Positions 1-9,484 are shown, numbered from the stretch's first letter. The stretch is DNA of 64,000 bases from Cyanobacteriota bacterium (GCA_046045965.1 JBJOKS010000007.1:1-64000); one strand, 5' to 3'. Notes: generated by a model from the letters alone, not told the origin. Numbers and translations: made by a program.

Positions 1-31
1 TTGGGTTTCGCTATCGCTCTACCCAACCTAC
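1..31. repeat. Right arm of GTAGGTTGGGT-type REP-like palindrome (cut by window start)
   Basis: TTGGGTTTC...ACCCAACCTAC resembles the internal arms of the elements at 16432 and 25887. Confidence 0.7.
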
Positions 32-65
32 GATTTATGAAATTTATAAATAGGAGAAAATCACT

Positions 66-443
66 TTGGATATAGCAGTTAAAAATCTGGTTTTATCTTA
101 CGAAACTCTAGCAAATCAAGCTATAAAGTTCAATCATGCTTATTTGCAATTGCTTAAAATCTATGAAGAACTAATTTTAGCCCCTGACTGGTTTTCTGAA
201 TTAGAAAAGTCTGGAAGTTCACCATTAAAAACTGTTGTTTCTATGCAGCAGGAACAAAAGATAATTGTATCTAAATTTCAAGATTTATCACAGTTAATTG
301 CTAAAGCACAATTACATTTTACCACGAATCCTGAAGCTGAAGAATTGAAAAATATTGCCCATGATTGCCAAATAATGATAAATTTTGTAAATAGCATAGA
401 TTTGGCAGATTTACAAGATATGTTTATTAAAATCAATAAATAA
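66..443 (+). CDS. Hypothetical helical protein
   Basis: 125-aa ORF with TTG start after TAGGAG; no recognisable family. Confidence 0.65.
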   Translation: MDIAVKNLVLSYETLANQAIKFNHAYLQLLKIYEELILAPDWFSELEKSGSSPLKTVVSMQQEQKIIVSKFQDLSQLIAKAQLHFTTNPEAEELKNIAHDCQIMINFVNSIDLADLQDMFIKINK

Positions 444-458
444 TTGAGGTTAAGAATT

Positions 459-1013
459 ATGTCACAAGAATATAGCGATCGCCAAGAATTAGAAAGTGAG
501 ATTAAAGATAATAGTAAACAAATTGAAACCTTGGGAGAATCCCAAAAAGAATATCAAGAAGATATAGAAAGTTTACAAGAAAAACTGAAGATGCTCAAAA
601 GCCATAAAGGAGTTTATGCAAATTCAGATAATAAAATGATTGCTACTGTAGAAGCTGCTATTCAAACTCGTGAAACTAATGTAGAGGAATGTAAAGAAAA
701 AATTGGTGAAGTTAAAACCCAAATGGATGGGAAGTTAGAAAATCTGAGAAATCGCATCAGATCACAAGAACAACGTATTCAAAAAATGGAAAATTTAGTT
801 GATTCTCTAAATCATAAAAACGATAATATAGCTAATGAAATTAAAATTGAAATCCAAACAGGGAAAGATGATTTAGAAGATGCAAAAGATAAGTCTTTTG
901 ATTTACTAAAGATTATTGAGGTTGCAGGACCTATAGCTACTGGTACTGGAATAGCTGCACAAGGTATTGCTCAATTAATAAGCAGTTTACAATCAATAGG
1001 ATTATTTAGATAA
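459..1013 (+). CDS. Hypothetical coiled-coil protein with Gly-rich hydrophobic C-terminus
   Basis: GAGG SD then ATG at 459; E/K/Q/L heptads; ends GPIATGTGIAAQGIAQLISSLQSIGLFR. Confidence 0.7.
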   Translation: MSQEYSDRQELESEIKDNSKQIETLGESQKEYQEDIESLQEKLKMLKSHKGVYANSDNKMIATVEAAIQTRETNVEECKEKIGEVKTQMDGKLENLRNRIRSQEQRIQKMENLVDSLNHKNDNIANEIKIEIQTGKDDLEDAKDKSFDLLKIIEVAGPIATGTGIAAQGIAQLISSLQSIGLFR

Positions 1014-1019
1014 AAAGCA

Positions 1020-1148
1020 CCAGGCGACTGTAAGTCACAACTACACAAACAAAACCAAAACCCACCTGCGTGGGTTTCAAACCCTTGATTTTCCGTGAGT
1101 CCGTGCAGACGGACTTAGTTTGTATAGCAGTGATTTCTAATCACCTGG
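1020..1148. repeat. REP-doublet-like long imperfect inverted repeat
   Basis: Arms CCAGGCGA/TCACCTGG and CTACACAAAC/GTTTGTATAG, with internal hairpins AACCCACCTGCGTGGGTT and AGTCCGTGCAGACGGACT. Confidence 0.65.
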
Positions 1149-1207
1149 TCTTGGTGCAAGATGTGTGTTATCCAATTTCACCGAATCAAAATAACTTTTC
1201 CTGTCAC

Positions 1208-2173
1208 CTACTGAAGCTGCTGTTCTAGCGATTGAATCACTTGATGAGCAAGGTGAGTACCATCTAAACGATCAATTTCCCGAATTCCCGTCGGACTGGT
1301 AACATTGACTTCTGTAAGGTAGCCACCAATCACGTCAATACCGACAAAAATCAAGCCATCCTGACGCAGTTTATCGGCTAATAGGTGGCAAATTTCCTGC
1401 TCTCTGGGGGTAATCTCCGTTTTTGCAACAGTACCGCCTGTAGCCATATTATTGCGAAAATCGCTGCCACTAGACAGACGATTGAGCGCCCCAATAGGTT
1501 CGCCATTGAGCAAAATAATCCGCTTATCTCCTTCCTTGGCCTCTGGTAAATAGTTTTGTACCATCACTGGTACTCGACCTTGGAGGGTACTGAGTTCAAC
1601 TATAGAATTAAAATTGCGATCGCCTGATTGCAAAAATAAGATCCCCTCCCCAGCTTTGTTCCCCAATGGTTTGAGAACTGTTGCACCCTTAGCTTCCACA
1701 AATTGACGGATCACCTGTTTGTCAGCACTAACAATGGTTTCCGGGATGGCTTGGGTAAATTGCAGAGCATACATTTTTTCATTTGCTGCTCTGATCCCAC
1801 TGGGGTTGTTAATTAGCAAGGTTTTATTTTGGTCAATGTAATCCAAAATGTAAGTAGCATAGAGGTAGGAATCGTTGACTGGTGGATCTGTCCGCATAAA
1901 TACAGCGTCCATTGATTCCAAAGCAGTTAAGACGCTAGAACCTAACTTATACCAAGGATTAGCGGCTACCCAACGTCCCTCCACCAACTCCACTGGTGCA
2001 AGTTCTACCTGCTGTAGCACAGCCCAAGCTTTGCTATTCACAACATTCAGTAGATTGGCCTGAGTTACCCAAATTTCATGACCGAGAATTTGTGCAGCTT
2101 CCATGAGCGCAACACTCGTATCATGGCACGGGTCAAGCTGATGGATAGGATCAATAATAAAAGCCAGTTTCAC
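1208..2173 (-). CDS. gshB: Glutathione synthetase
   Basis: KLAFIIDPI..HDTS, MRTDPP, FRNNMATGG, EVNVTSPTG; likely GTG start at 2173. Confidence 0.97.
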   Translation of the reverse strand: MKLAFIIDPIHQLDPCHDTSVALMEAAQILGHEIWVTQANLLNVVNSKAWAVLQQVELAPVELVEGRWVAANPWYKLGSSVLTALESMDAVFMRTDPPVNDSYLYATYILDYIDQNKTLLINNPSGIRAANEKMYALQFTQAIPETIVSADKQVIRQFVEAKGATVLKPLGNKAGEGILFLQSGDRNFNSIVELSTLQGRVPVMVQNYLPEAKEGDKRIILLNGEPIGALNRLSSGSDFRNNMATGGTVAKTEITPREQEICHLLADKLRQDGLIFVGIDVIGGYLTEVNVTSPTGIREIDRLDGTHLAHQVIQSLEQQLQ

Positions 2174-2315
2174 CCTTTCTACCTCGATCAAGAATTTAAT
2201 TGTTAGTTTTGAACAGCCTGAAAACAGTTTCTGTCTTTGTAGGAGGTGGGTTAGCACCAGTGGAGCGATCCCAAGAGGAGAGGGTACTCTTAACAGGAAC
2301 TTTATGGAGCTTTAG

Positions 2316-2588
2316 CTAAACCTTATTACCAGCAAGAAGGTCATCCAGGTTGCCTTTCCGGTCTAAAGCGTAAATATCATCACAACCACCAATGTGATCA
2401 TCATTGATAAAAATTTGGGGTAGAGAACGTTTTCCGTTTGACCTCTGAGCCATTTTATTTCTCGCTACCTCGTCTCCATCAATATTGTATTCGATGAAAT
2501 CAACGCCCTTATTCATCAGTAAGTTTTTAGCACGGATACAAAATGGGCAGGTAGTCCAAGTGTAAATTTCTACTTTTACAGCAGTCAT
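2316..2588 (-). CDS. grxC: Glutaredoxin 3
   Basis: CPFC active site, SLPQIFI, GGCDD. Confidence 0.95.
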   Translation of the reverse strand: MTAVKVEIYTWTTCPFCIRAKNLLMNKGVDFIEYNIDGDEVARNKMAQRSNGKRSLPQIFINDDHIGGCDDIYALDRKGNLDDLLAGNKV

Positions 2589-2646
2589 AACATCCTCAAT
2601 TTGAGCAAATACTTTTCAATTTTAGACCTTTGCCACTGAAATCATA

Positions 2647-2730
2647 AAGGTAGCTTCTCTCCCATCCTTGTCAAGAAGGTTTGAAAGCTACCTTGTCAGC
2701 TATTATCCCCTTGTTTTAGGGTTGGGAATA
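2647..2730 (-). terminator. Inverted repeats between hflX and grxC (possible terminator or processing hairpins)
   Basis: AAGGTAGCTT(2647)/AAGCTACCTT(2694) plus a CCCC/GGGG hairpin at 2701-2730. Confidence 0.4.
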
Positions 2731-4467
2731 TCAATCGCAGTCTACAGCATATTGAATCAACTGGGACAGACGGTGGCGTAAAGTCTCTAAGCCTAAACGC
2801 TGACTGGCGGATATAAACACAGCTAGAGGAAATTCTTCTCTTGCTAAAGCCAAAGCTTCGCTATCGACTTGATCGATTTTGTTAAATACAACCAAGGCTG
2901 GGCCAGGAGTTATGGGCATTTGCGCGAGGATATCCCGAACTGAACGAATATGACTTAACCAGGCAGGATGAGATAAGTCTACTAAATGCAGCAAAGCATC
3001 TGCTTCTGTGACTTCCTCCAAAGTGGCGCGGAAAGCATCCATTAAGGAAGCTGGTAACTCGTGAATAAACCCTACTGTATCTGTAATTAGGGTTTCCTGG
3101 GGTTGATTTGTATCTGCATGAGGAATGACCAGACGGCGAGTGGTCGGGTCAAGCGTGGCAAAAAGTTGGTCGGCTGTGTACACTTCAGCATTAGTGAGGG
3201 CGTTAAGCAAGGTGGACTTGCCAGCGTTGGTATAACCCACTAAAGCGACTGAAGGAACTTCTCGATGTTGTCGCCGTTGACGCAACCGACAACGATGTGC
3301 TTGCAACTGGTTAACTTCTTGTTGCAGTCGGGAAATTCGCTTTTGAATAGCCCGCCGTTCCGTTTCTAGTTTGGTTTCACCCGGTCCACGTGTACCTATA
3401 CCACCCCCTAGTCGGGACATGGCTCTACCCCTTCCTGTCAGTCGTGGCAGCATATATTCTAGCTGCGCTAGTTCCACTTGTAGTTTACCAGCACCAGATT
3501 GGGCGCGTTGGGCAAAGATATCTAAGATAACTTCTGTGCGGTCAACAACTCTGACACCAATTTGCGCTTCTAGGTTGCGGACTTGAGCGGGTGAAAGGTC
3601 GCGGTCAAAGACTACAAGGTTAGCTCCCAAAGTTTGGGCTGTGAGGGCGACTTCTTGGACTTTACCTTCACCAATTACGGTTTGGGGATGGATGCGCGAT
3701 CGCTTTTGTTGTAGCGTCTGCAATACATCACCCCCAGCCGTATCTACTAACCTGGCTAATTCGGCAATGGTGTCTTGAAATTGTTGGGGAGTCATATCAT
3801 CGGTCAGCATCCCCACTATCACCACCCGATCATGCTCTGCGTCTACTTCCTGAGCGATATATTCCCGCCGGAATTCCTCTTCTAGACTTTCCACCAAGTC
3901 GAGAAAATCCTGGTCGGCGATCGCATCCAAGCTCATAGGCGGCGATACGCTGGAATATAAGGCCGAGTCTGAGGTGCTAATTCCTGATGACTGAGTTGCA
4001 ACTAACTGTTTGCTATTGGATGCTAAATGGGCTAAATAAGCTTCTTTTACGTACCCAGTTGCACCCCCACCCCGTCGGGTAAATCCCGCGCCGGTAATAT
4101 TCAGAACTACTAAAGCATCTAAACGTTGTAGTGCCATTGCTGTCAGTGCCGCCTCATTTGGTGGTTCTGCTTTGAGATGGGTTGCTATACAACGAATACC
4201 ACTCAGTCGTTCAGCACCGTAACGGGGCAGTTCTAAGGGTGGGATTTGGGTTTGACGCGGAGTGCCTACCCCCACCCGAATCACTTGTCCGCGACGGTTG
4301 AGGTAGGCACATACAGGTTGATTTAATTCCGTGCTAATTGCTGCCAGACGTTGGGCGAACTCCGGTGTTGTTATGCGATCGCCCGATATACGCTGGTGGT
4401 ACAGCCGCTGTAGTTGCTTTAGCTGGCTGGACTTTAAACCTTGGAGATTTCCGAAGATAGTCTCTAT
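2731..4467 (-). CDS. hflX: GTPase HflX (long cyanobacterial form)
   Basis: GTRGPGET, GYTNAGKS, DTVG, NKID; frame stays open 61 codons upstream of the tracked GTG (IETIFGNLQGLKSSQLKQLQRLY...). Confidence 0.93.
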   Translation of the reverse strand: METIFGNLQGLKSSQLKQLQRLYHQRISGDRITTPEFAQRLAAISTELNQPVCAYLNRRGQVIRVGVGTPRQTQIPPLELPRYGAERLSGIRCIATHLKAEPPNEAALTAMALQRLDALVVLNITGAGFTRRGGGATGYVKEAYLAHLASNSKQLVATQSSGISTSDSALYSSVSPPMSLDAIADQDFLDLVESLEEEFRREYIAQEVDAEHDRVVIVGMLTDDMTPQQFQDTIAELARLVDTAGGDVLQTLQQKRSRIHPQTVIGEGKVQEVALTAQTLGANLVVFDRDLSPAQVRNLEAQIGVRVVDRTEVILDIFAQRAQSGAGKLQVELAQLEYMLPRLTGRGRAMSRLGGGIGTRGPGETKLETERRAIQKRISRLQQEVNQLQAHRCRLRQRRQHREVPSVALVGYTNAGKSTLLNALTNAEVYTADQLFATLDPTTRRLVIPHADTNQPQETLITDTVGFIHELPASLMDAFRATLEEVTEADALLHLVDLSHPAWLSHIRSVRDILAQMPITPGPALVVFNKIDQVDSEALALAREEFPLAVFISASQRLGLETLRHRLSQLIQYAVDCD

Positions 4468-4562
4468 AGGCGTTTATGACCAGTTAACTGGCCCCCCCGA
4501 ATTATTCTATATTTTTATATTAACCTATGCTACAGAAATACTTGGTGGTTCATCAGTAAAGG

Positions 4563-5162
4563 TCAGGAGGAAAGAGATATTTGTGACTTTCGTCCAGAAC
4601 TACTAGCTGATTCTTCTAAGTCTAAATCTGGTACTGTTGTTAACTTCAATACATTTGATGATTTCCAATCGAAAAAATCCTGGGCGCGATGGATAAAATA
4701 ATCTATTAAAAAGGGTCGCCCCAGAAAAACAAAAGTAATTGGTATATTATCTCTAAAACTTTCTCGCAGTTTATTTAAGTGATCTAAAATCGGGGGAACA
4801 CTGCATAAATCATGAGAATGTGTTTCTGTAACTTCGCCAAACTTGTCCTTTTCATATTTATAGAGCGAATATTCTAAACCTTGAATAAATAAGATATCAA
4901 ACTGCTTATTTATGTAGAGGTTTAAAACTCGATCATATAAGGTATTAACTGGCTCAACTAAACGTAAAATTTCCAGTCTTTTTTCTGGTATATCATGGAG
5001 AATCCGAGAAAACACTTTCTCCGCGTCCAGAGGTGTACACTCAACAAACAATAAGCCGAACTCATGTTGATTTTTGCGCTTGAGAGCGTTAATTAAAGCT
5101 TGATATTCTTCGTATCCTTCAGGGGGTACGTCTTGATCCCAGTCACTAAAATCTAAATTCAT
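4563..5162 (-). CDS. ATPase-partner protein, stand-alone N-terminal domain without TPRs
   Basis: Paralogous to the N-terminus of 6703..8280 (GLEYSLYKYEK, VPPIL.HLN, IHRA.DFFDW.S); ATGA overlap with the ATPase stop. Confidence 0.8.
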   Translation of the reverse strand: MNLDFSDWDQDVPPEGYEEYQALINALKRKNQHEFGLLFVECTPLDAEKVFSRILHDIPEKRLEILRLVEPVNTLYDRVLNLYINKQFDILFIQGLEYSLYKYEKDKFGEVTETHSHDLCSVPPILDHLNKLRESFRDNIPITFVFLGRPFLIDYFIHRAQDFFDWKSSNVLKLTTVPDLDLEESASSSGRKSQISLSS

Positions 5163-6484
5163 GGGAGATTTTCTACAGCTTCTTTAAATTCCTGAATACC
5201 TTGAATCAGTGGGTGAATATCATACCAACGCTGCATCTCCCCTTCTTCATCCAAATAGCGGTATTCTAACAGACAGCGATTAAACATCAAACTCCGATAC
5301 TGATCATCGTTGATGATACGCTTAGAACGGGAGACTTCTGCCAGTAATGTCCATTGATGGTTTTCCACGGCGCGGCGGTAGGTATCTCTAGCTTGAGTAA
5401 TGGCGCGTCGAACTGCTCTTTCGGAAATTGGTAAATCTTGAGTGCGTCCAATAGCATCCTGAGTCAACAATAGCAAATTTCTGACGTGACCTCCACTCAT
5501 CAAACAAAGTCTTTCTAGAGTTTCTGCACTGTCAAATATTGCCGTTTCTAGGGGTTTATCTGGTGCAAACGGCCTAATTCGTCGAGAAATCACCTCTTTG
5601 ACTTTCTTGATTCCGGGTTGATAAGTTTCGCCTGTAGGAGTGCGTACCATCACCATTGGTAAAATTTGGGGATCACCATATATATCACGCAGGTCTGTAG
5701 CCCTGGTAGAATAGACCATAGCAATGGGTACAGTGTAGATTAAATGGCAATCTAAGGCTTTAAGTTGTTCACAGCGGTCTAAAAAAACTTCTTCATAATT
5801 GGTGCGATCGCCATCTTTTACTAACACCATGCGATCCAGGTTATCAATAATTACCGCTAGTTGACTGCGGTTGCTGGGTAGGCGTTTTTTAACATCAGCA
5901 ATAAACTCATTTAAGACTTTAATTAAAGTCACTGTATGGGGATTGACTTTTTCTCGGATTTGTTGGCGTAATTCAGGAACAGCCCTTAAATTTGCTGTCA
6001 ATTTGGCAAACTGAGAAATTTGCATTTCTACATTCATATCCTCGATTTGAATCTCTGTTAGCGCCAAATCTTTCAAATCTTGCCAACGGTCTTTGAGCCA
6101 ATTTAGCACTGGTTGAGGATTACCCATTGTTCGCAAATCTTTTAGTAACCTCCGAGTACAAGCCAACAGAATATCTGTATATTGAGCATCTTCTGAATCA
6201 ATATCCTCTTCATCAGCAGCAAAATAAACTACATAATATTGTCTTGCTTCCAAATATTCTTTGAGTCTCAGTAATTCTGTAGATTTACCTGCACCTCTAT
6301 GTCCAGAATATAACTGACAAGTATTTTGATTTGCTAACTGAATCCGATTTCCTAATTCCTCTAAAATATCTGCATCCCCGCGCACGTCTTGACAGTCTAC
6401 ATAGTTGGGATCACCTGCTGGTAAGGGTTGGAATGGATTAAAAGCATTGTAGAGGTTTTTGAGTAATTCAGAATTATTGGACAT
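5159..6484 (-). CDS. P-loop ATPase (STAND/AAA-like)
   Basis: Walker A GHRGAGKS, Walker B AVIIDNLD, SGGHVR, C-terminal WYDIHPLI; likely ATG at 6484. Confidence 0.88.
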   Translation of the reverse strand: MSNNSELLKNLYNAFNPFQPLPAGDPNYVDCQDVRGDADILEELGNRIQLANQNTCQLYSGHRGAGKSTELLRLKEYLEARQYYVVYFAADEEDIDSEDAQYTDILLACTRRLLKDLRTMGNPQPVLNWLKDRWQDLKDLALTEIQIEDMNVEMQISQFAKLTANLRAVPELRQQIREKVNPHTVTLIKVLNEFIADVKKRLPSNRSQLAVIIDNLDRMVLVKDGDRTNYEEVFLDRCEQLKALDCHLIYTVPIAMVYSTRATDLRDIYGDPQILPMVMVRTPTGETYQPGIKKVKEVISRRIRPFAPDKPLETAIFDSAETLERLCLMSGGHVRNLLLLTQDAIGRTQDLPISERAVRRAITQARDTYRRAVENHQWTLLAEVSRSKRIINDDQYRSLMFNRCLLEYRYLDEEGEMQRWYDIHPLIQGIQEFKEAVENLP

Positions 6485-6702
6485 AGGTAAACAACTTGGT
6501 TTATTCGGTGCTAATGATGCTAAAAAATTAGTAAAAATAGGTAATAACAAACAGGCAATATAATTTTATTATAAAAATTTCCAAATGTCAGATATTCAAG
6601 TTTTTCATAGTAAAAAAATGGCAAATTGGTATAGACATATATGGTCAATGAATGCTATTTTATGAATTTTTTTCCTAACTTATTGATGAATGATTAAAGC
6701 CA

Positions 6703-8280
6703 TCAAGGTTTTATACCATTGTGTATTAAGCTTTTAAAGCGTATATCTTCCCGAATACAATGAAAATCAGGATCAGCCTTTGCCATGTTTGCAAACTCTT
6801 CAGGTTGGAGATTAATTGCTTGTTCTAAGTTTGCTATTGCTTGCTCAATATTACCCTGAATAGCATAACAACAAGCTTTGTTGTACCAAGCATATTTATC
6901 ATCTGGTTTCAATTTTAATGCTTGATCATAACAAAAGAGGGCTTCTTCTGTGCGTCCCAAATCATCAAGTGCATTACCACGGTTGTTCCAAGCATAGTGA
7001 TCATCAGGTCTAATTTTCAGAGCTTGATCATAAGATAAAATTGCTTCCTCATTTCGTCCCAACTTTCGCAGTGCAATACCCCGGTTATACCAAGCATAGT
7101 GGTCATCAGGTTGAATTTTCAAAGCTTGGTCATAAGATAAAATTGCTTCTTCATACTTACCTAAATTCCGTAGCGCGATGCCCCGGTTATTCCAAGCATA
7201 GTAGTCATTAGGTTTAAATTTTAGTGCTTGGTCATAAGATAAAATTGCTTCTTTATTGCGTTTTAAAATCCGTAAAGTATTACCTCGATTGTACCAAGTA
7301 TAATGATCATTAGGTGCAAATTTTAAAGCTTGTTCATAAGATAAAATTGCCTCTTCATTATTTCCTAAATTGCGGAGCGCATTACCTCGGTTATACCAAG
7401 CAGAATAATCATCAGGTTTAAATTTCAGAGCTTGTTCATAAGATAAAATTGCTTTTTCATTATTTCCTAAATTCAGGAGTGCATGACCTCGGTTGTACCA
7501 AGCATAATGATCATCAGGTTTAAATTTTAGTTCTTGTTCATAGAATGCAATAGCAGTTTCGTATTCATTGGCAGAATAAAGTAGATTTCCCAATTCAAAT
7601 AGCAAACTTGCTCTATTGCTATCTGTTTGATGTTTTTCTGTGAGAAGTTCTTGAATTTCTAGGACTTTTTCGATTTTTTCTTCAGGAGTAAGTTGCAAAT
7701 ATTTTTCATAGTCTCCTTCTAGCAGGAGACGACGAGATTCTTCTTCAACTAATTCTGGTGTAGTTGGTAGTTCATATATTCCAGAGCGCCAATCAAAAAA
7801 ATCAGGAGCGCGATGGATTAAATAGTTAAGTGAAAATGAGCGCAATAAAAATACAAAAGAAAATGGAAAATCATCCCTAAATCTTTCTCGCTGCTGGTTA
7901 AGATGATTTAGGATTGGTGGTACTTTGCTTAAATTGATAAACTGACCTTCCGTGATTTCACCAAAATTTCTTTTTTCATATTTATAGAGTGAATATTCCA
8001 GACCCTTAATTAAGAGGATGTCAATTTCTTGTTCTTTAATGGCATCAGCTACGTGCTGGTATAACTTATCAATTGGTTCAAACAATCGTAATACGGCAAT
8101 CTTTTTCTGAGGAAGATCATGAGGAATTTTATGTATAAAACGATCTGATTCTACAGGAGTACATTGTACAAAATATAAACCAAATCCTAATTTTCTTTCC
8201 AAGGAGCAAAGGAAATCTTGATATATTTCTTCGGGATCTGGTGGTAAATCATCATCCCAGCTACTGTAATTGAGTGTCAT
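6703..8280 (-). CDS. TPR-repeat protein with ATPase-partner N-terminal domain
   Basis: About 8 tandem 34-aa TPRs (AWYNRGNAL..LG..EEAILSYDQALK) after a ~170-aa domain shared with 4563..5162. Confidence 0.9.
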   Translation of the reverse strand: MTLNYSSWDDDLPPDPEEIYQDFLCSLERKLGFGLYFVQCTPVESDRFIHKIPHDLPQKKIAVLRLFEPIDKLYQHVADAIKEQEIDILLIKGLEYSLYKYEKRNFGEITEGQFINLSKVPPILNHLNQQRERFRDDFPFSFVFLLRSFSLNYLIHRAPDFFDWRSGIYELPTTPELVEEESRRLLLEGDYEKYLQLTPEEKIEKVLEIQELLTEKHQTDSNRASLLFELGNLLYSANEYETAIAFYEQELKFKPDDHYAWYNRGHALLNLGNNEKAILSYEQALKFKPDDYSAWYNRGNALRNLGNNEEAILSYEQALKFAPNDHYTWYNRGNTLRILKRNKEAILSYDQALKFKPNDYYAWNNRGIALRNLGKYEEAILSYDQALKIQPDDHYAWYNRGIALRKLGRNEEAILSYDQALKIRPDDHYAWNNRGNALDDLGRTEEALFCYDQALKLKPDDKYAWYNKACCYAIQGNIEQAIANLEQAINLQPEEFANMAKADPDFHCIREDIRFKSLIHNGIKP

Positions 8281-9095
8281 ATAGATTTTATAGATTTTAT
8301 AGTAGATGCTTTTGGAAACAAGAAAAACTTAGGCAGAAATTTTACAGTATTCATGTTTTTTTGTGTTTGAGGAACTTCTTCAATCATTAGAATCATGTTC
8401 ATAAGAGCAGGTAAAATAAAGAGGAAAATTTTAAACTGCTTTGCTTAGTTAATCATGATGACTCATTATGACTAATTCCAGCTTGTTTGTGCTTCGTGAT
8501 AAATGAGGAATACTTCAAACATCATTATTTAAATGTTTTTGCGGTCTGATGGAAAAAAATGCGTAGTTATACTTAAGCATATACGTAATTTCCGTAAGTA
8601 TAGTTAAGGGCAAATAGTTTTTCTTGTTGTTTAACCTGTTTTCAAGTCAGGTATTCAGCAATTATATGGCTACAAAAATAGCTTTGCTGGTTTGACTTGG
8701 AACATTAGTGACAGAGAAAAATCCGAAGTTGCTGATTTCATTCATGGCGATAGTACCAATTCAAAGAACGTTGGCTACACAGAATTGAGCAAAATTAAGT
8801 CTGAATAAGACTTTCACAATCTACAATCTAAAATAGTATTATTTTTATTTCTAATATATTTTTTTCTTGGCAAAAGCACTGTGAGTAGCATCACATCCAA
8901 CTTGATGCTATGGGGCAAAACTTCTATAAATGCTTTTGAAGGAGACACAGAGCAATGCAGTGTTGGGCAAAGCCCAAGTGGAACAATTGCAAAGAGGCAG
9001 AAGCTTGTTCAAGTTATATAGTTTAAATGGGTAAAACCTTATTACCACCTGTATAGATGGGGTAATTATGGTGTGGTCTGAAGTTTTTGGTTTTA

Positions 9096-9209
9096 TAAGT
9101 ACCCAGGCAAAATTAATTGCACATAGTTATCGAAGAAAAAATCTCTGTAAACCTTACCTGTTCCCTGTTCCCTCTCCTAACTATGAAATTTATTTTGCAC
9201 GACTACTTA
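9096..9209. mobile_element. MITE with TAAGTA-type terminal inverted repeats (TA-flanked, IS630-like)
   Basis: Left TAAGTACCCAGGCAAAATTAATT versus reverse-complemented right TAAGTAGTCGTGCAAAATAAATT. Confidence 0.6.
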
Positions 9210-9240
9210 GTAACTGCCAAGGTGCTGAGGACATTAACGG

Positions 9241-9264
9241 ATAGCGCAGCTTGGCGTAAGCCAT
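9241..9264. repeat. Small dispersed repeat (SDR-like)
   Basis: ATAGCGCAGCTTGGCGTAAGCCAT; related inverted copy at 45536..45566. Confidence 0.55.
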
Positions 9265-9437
9265 TAATAGCTGATAAGCTGTTCCGCATTTAAACCGTAT
9301 AACTGAAAGCCAGTCTAACTCTTGTGGGGTGGGCATTCCCGCCCGACCAAATCTTTAAATTAGATGATTTTTAGTTTAGCTGAGTGCTGACCGCAAATAT
9401 TTTTAGATTTGGGACTTTCAAAATATTTCATCCCAAG

Positions 9438-9482
9438 TCTAAAATCTAAAATTTAAAATCCAAAATTTAAAATCCAAAATTT
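9438..9482. repeat. STRR heptamer tandem repeat (AAAATYY)n
   Basis: TCTAAAA/TTTAAAA/TCCAAAA units directly after the FHA gene stop. Confidence 0.8.
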
Positions 9483-9484
9483 GC

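Noticed and set aside
1875..2063. Short antisense or alternate-frame ORFs inside long genes (also 3371, 11144, 12002, 12335, 14593, 16739, 16964, 17878, 21888, 24122, 24647, 25405, 26224, 28322, 34965, 35172, 36327, 36483, 36945, 39037, 39693, 40449, 42957, 44991, 46697, 51033, 51519, 52679, 57301, 59042, 60323, 60855, 61097)
   Set aside because: They overlap well-supported genes and show no family motifs; shadow ORFs.
4331..4606. 91-aa plus-strand ORF
   Set aside because: Antisense to the true hflX N-terminal extension.
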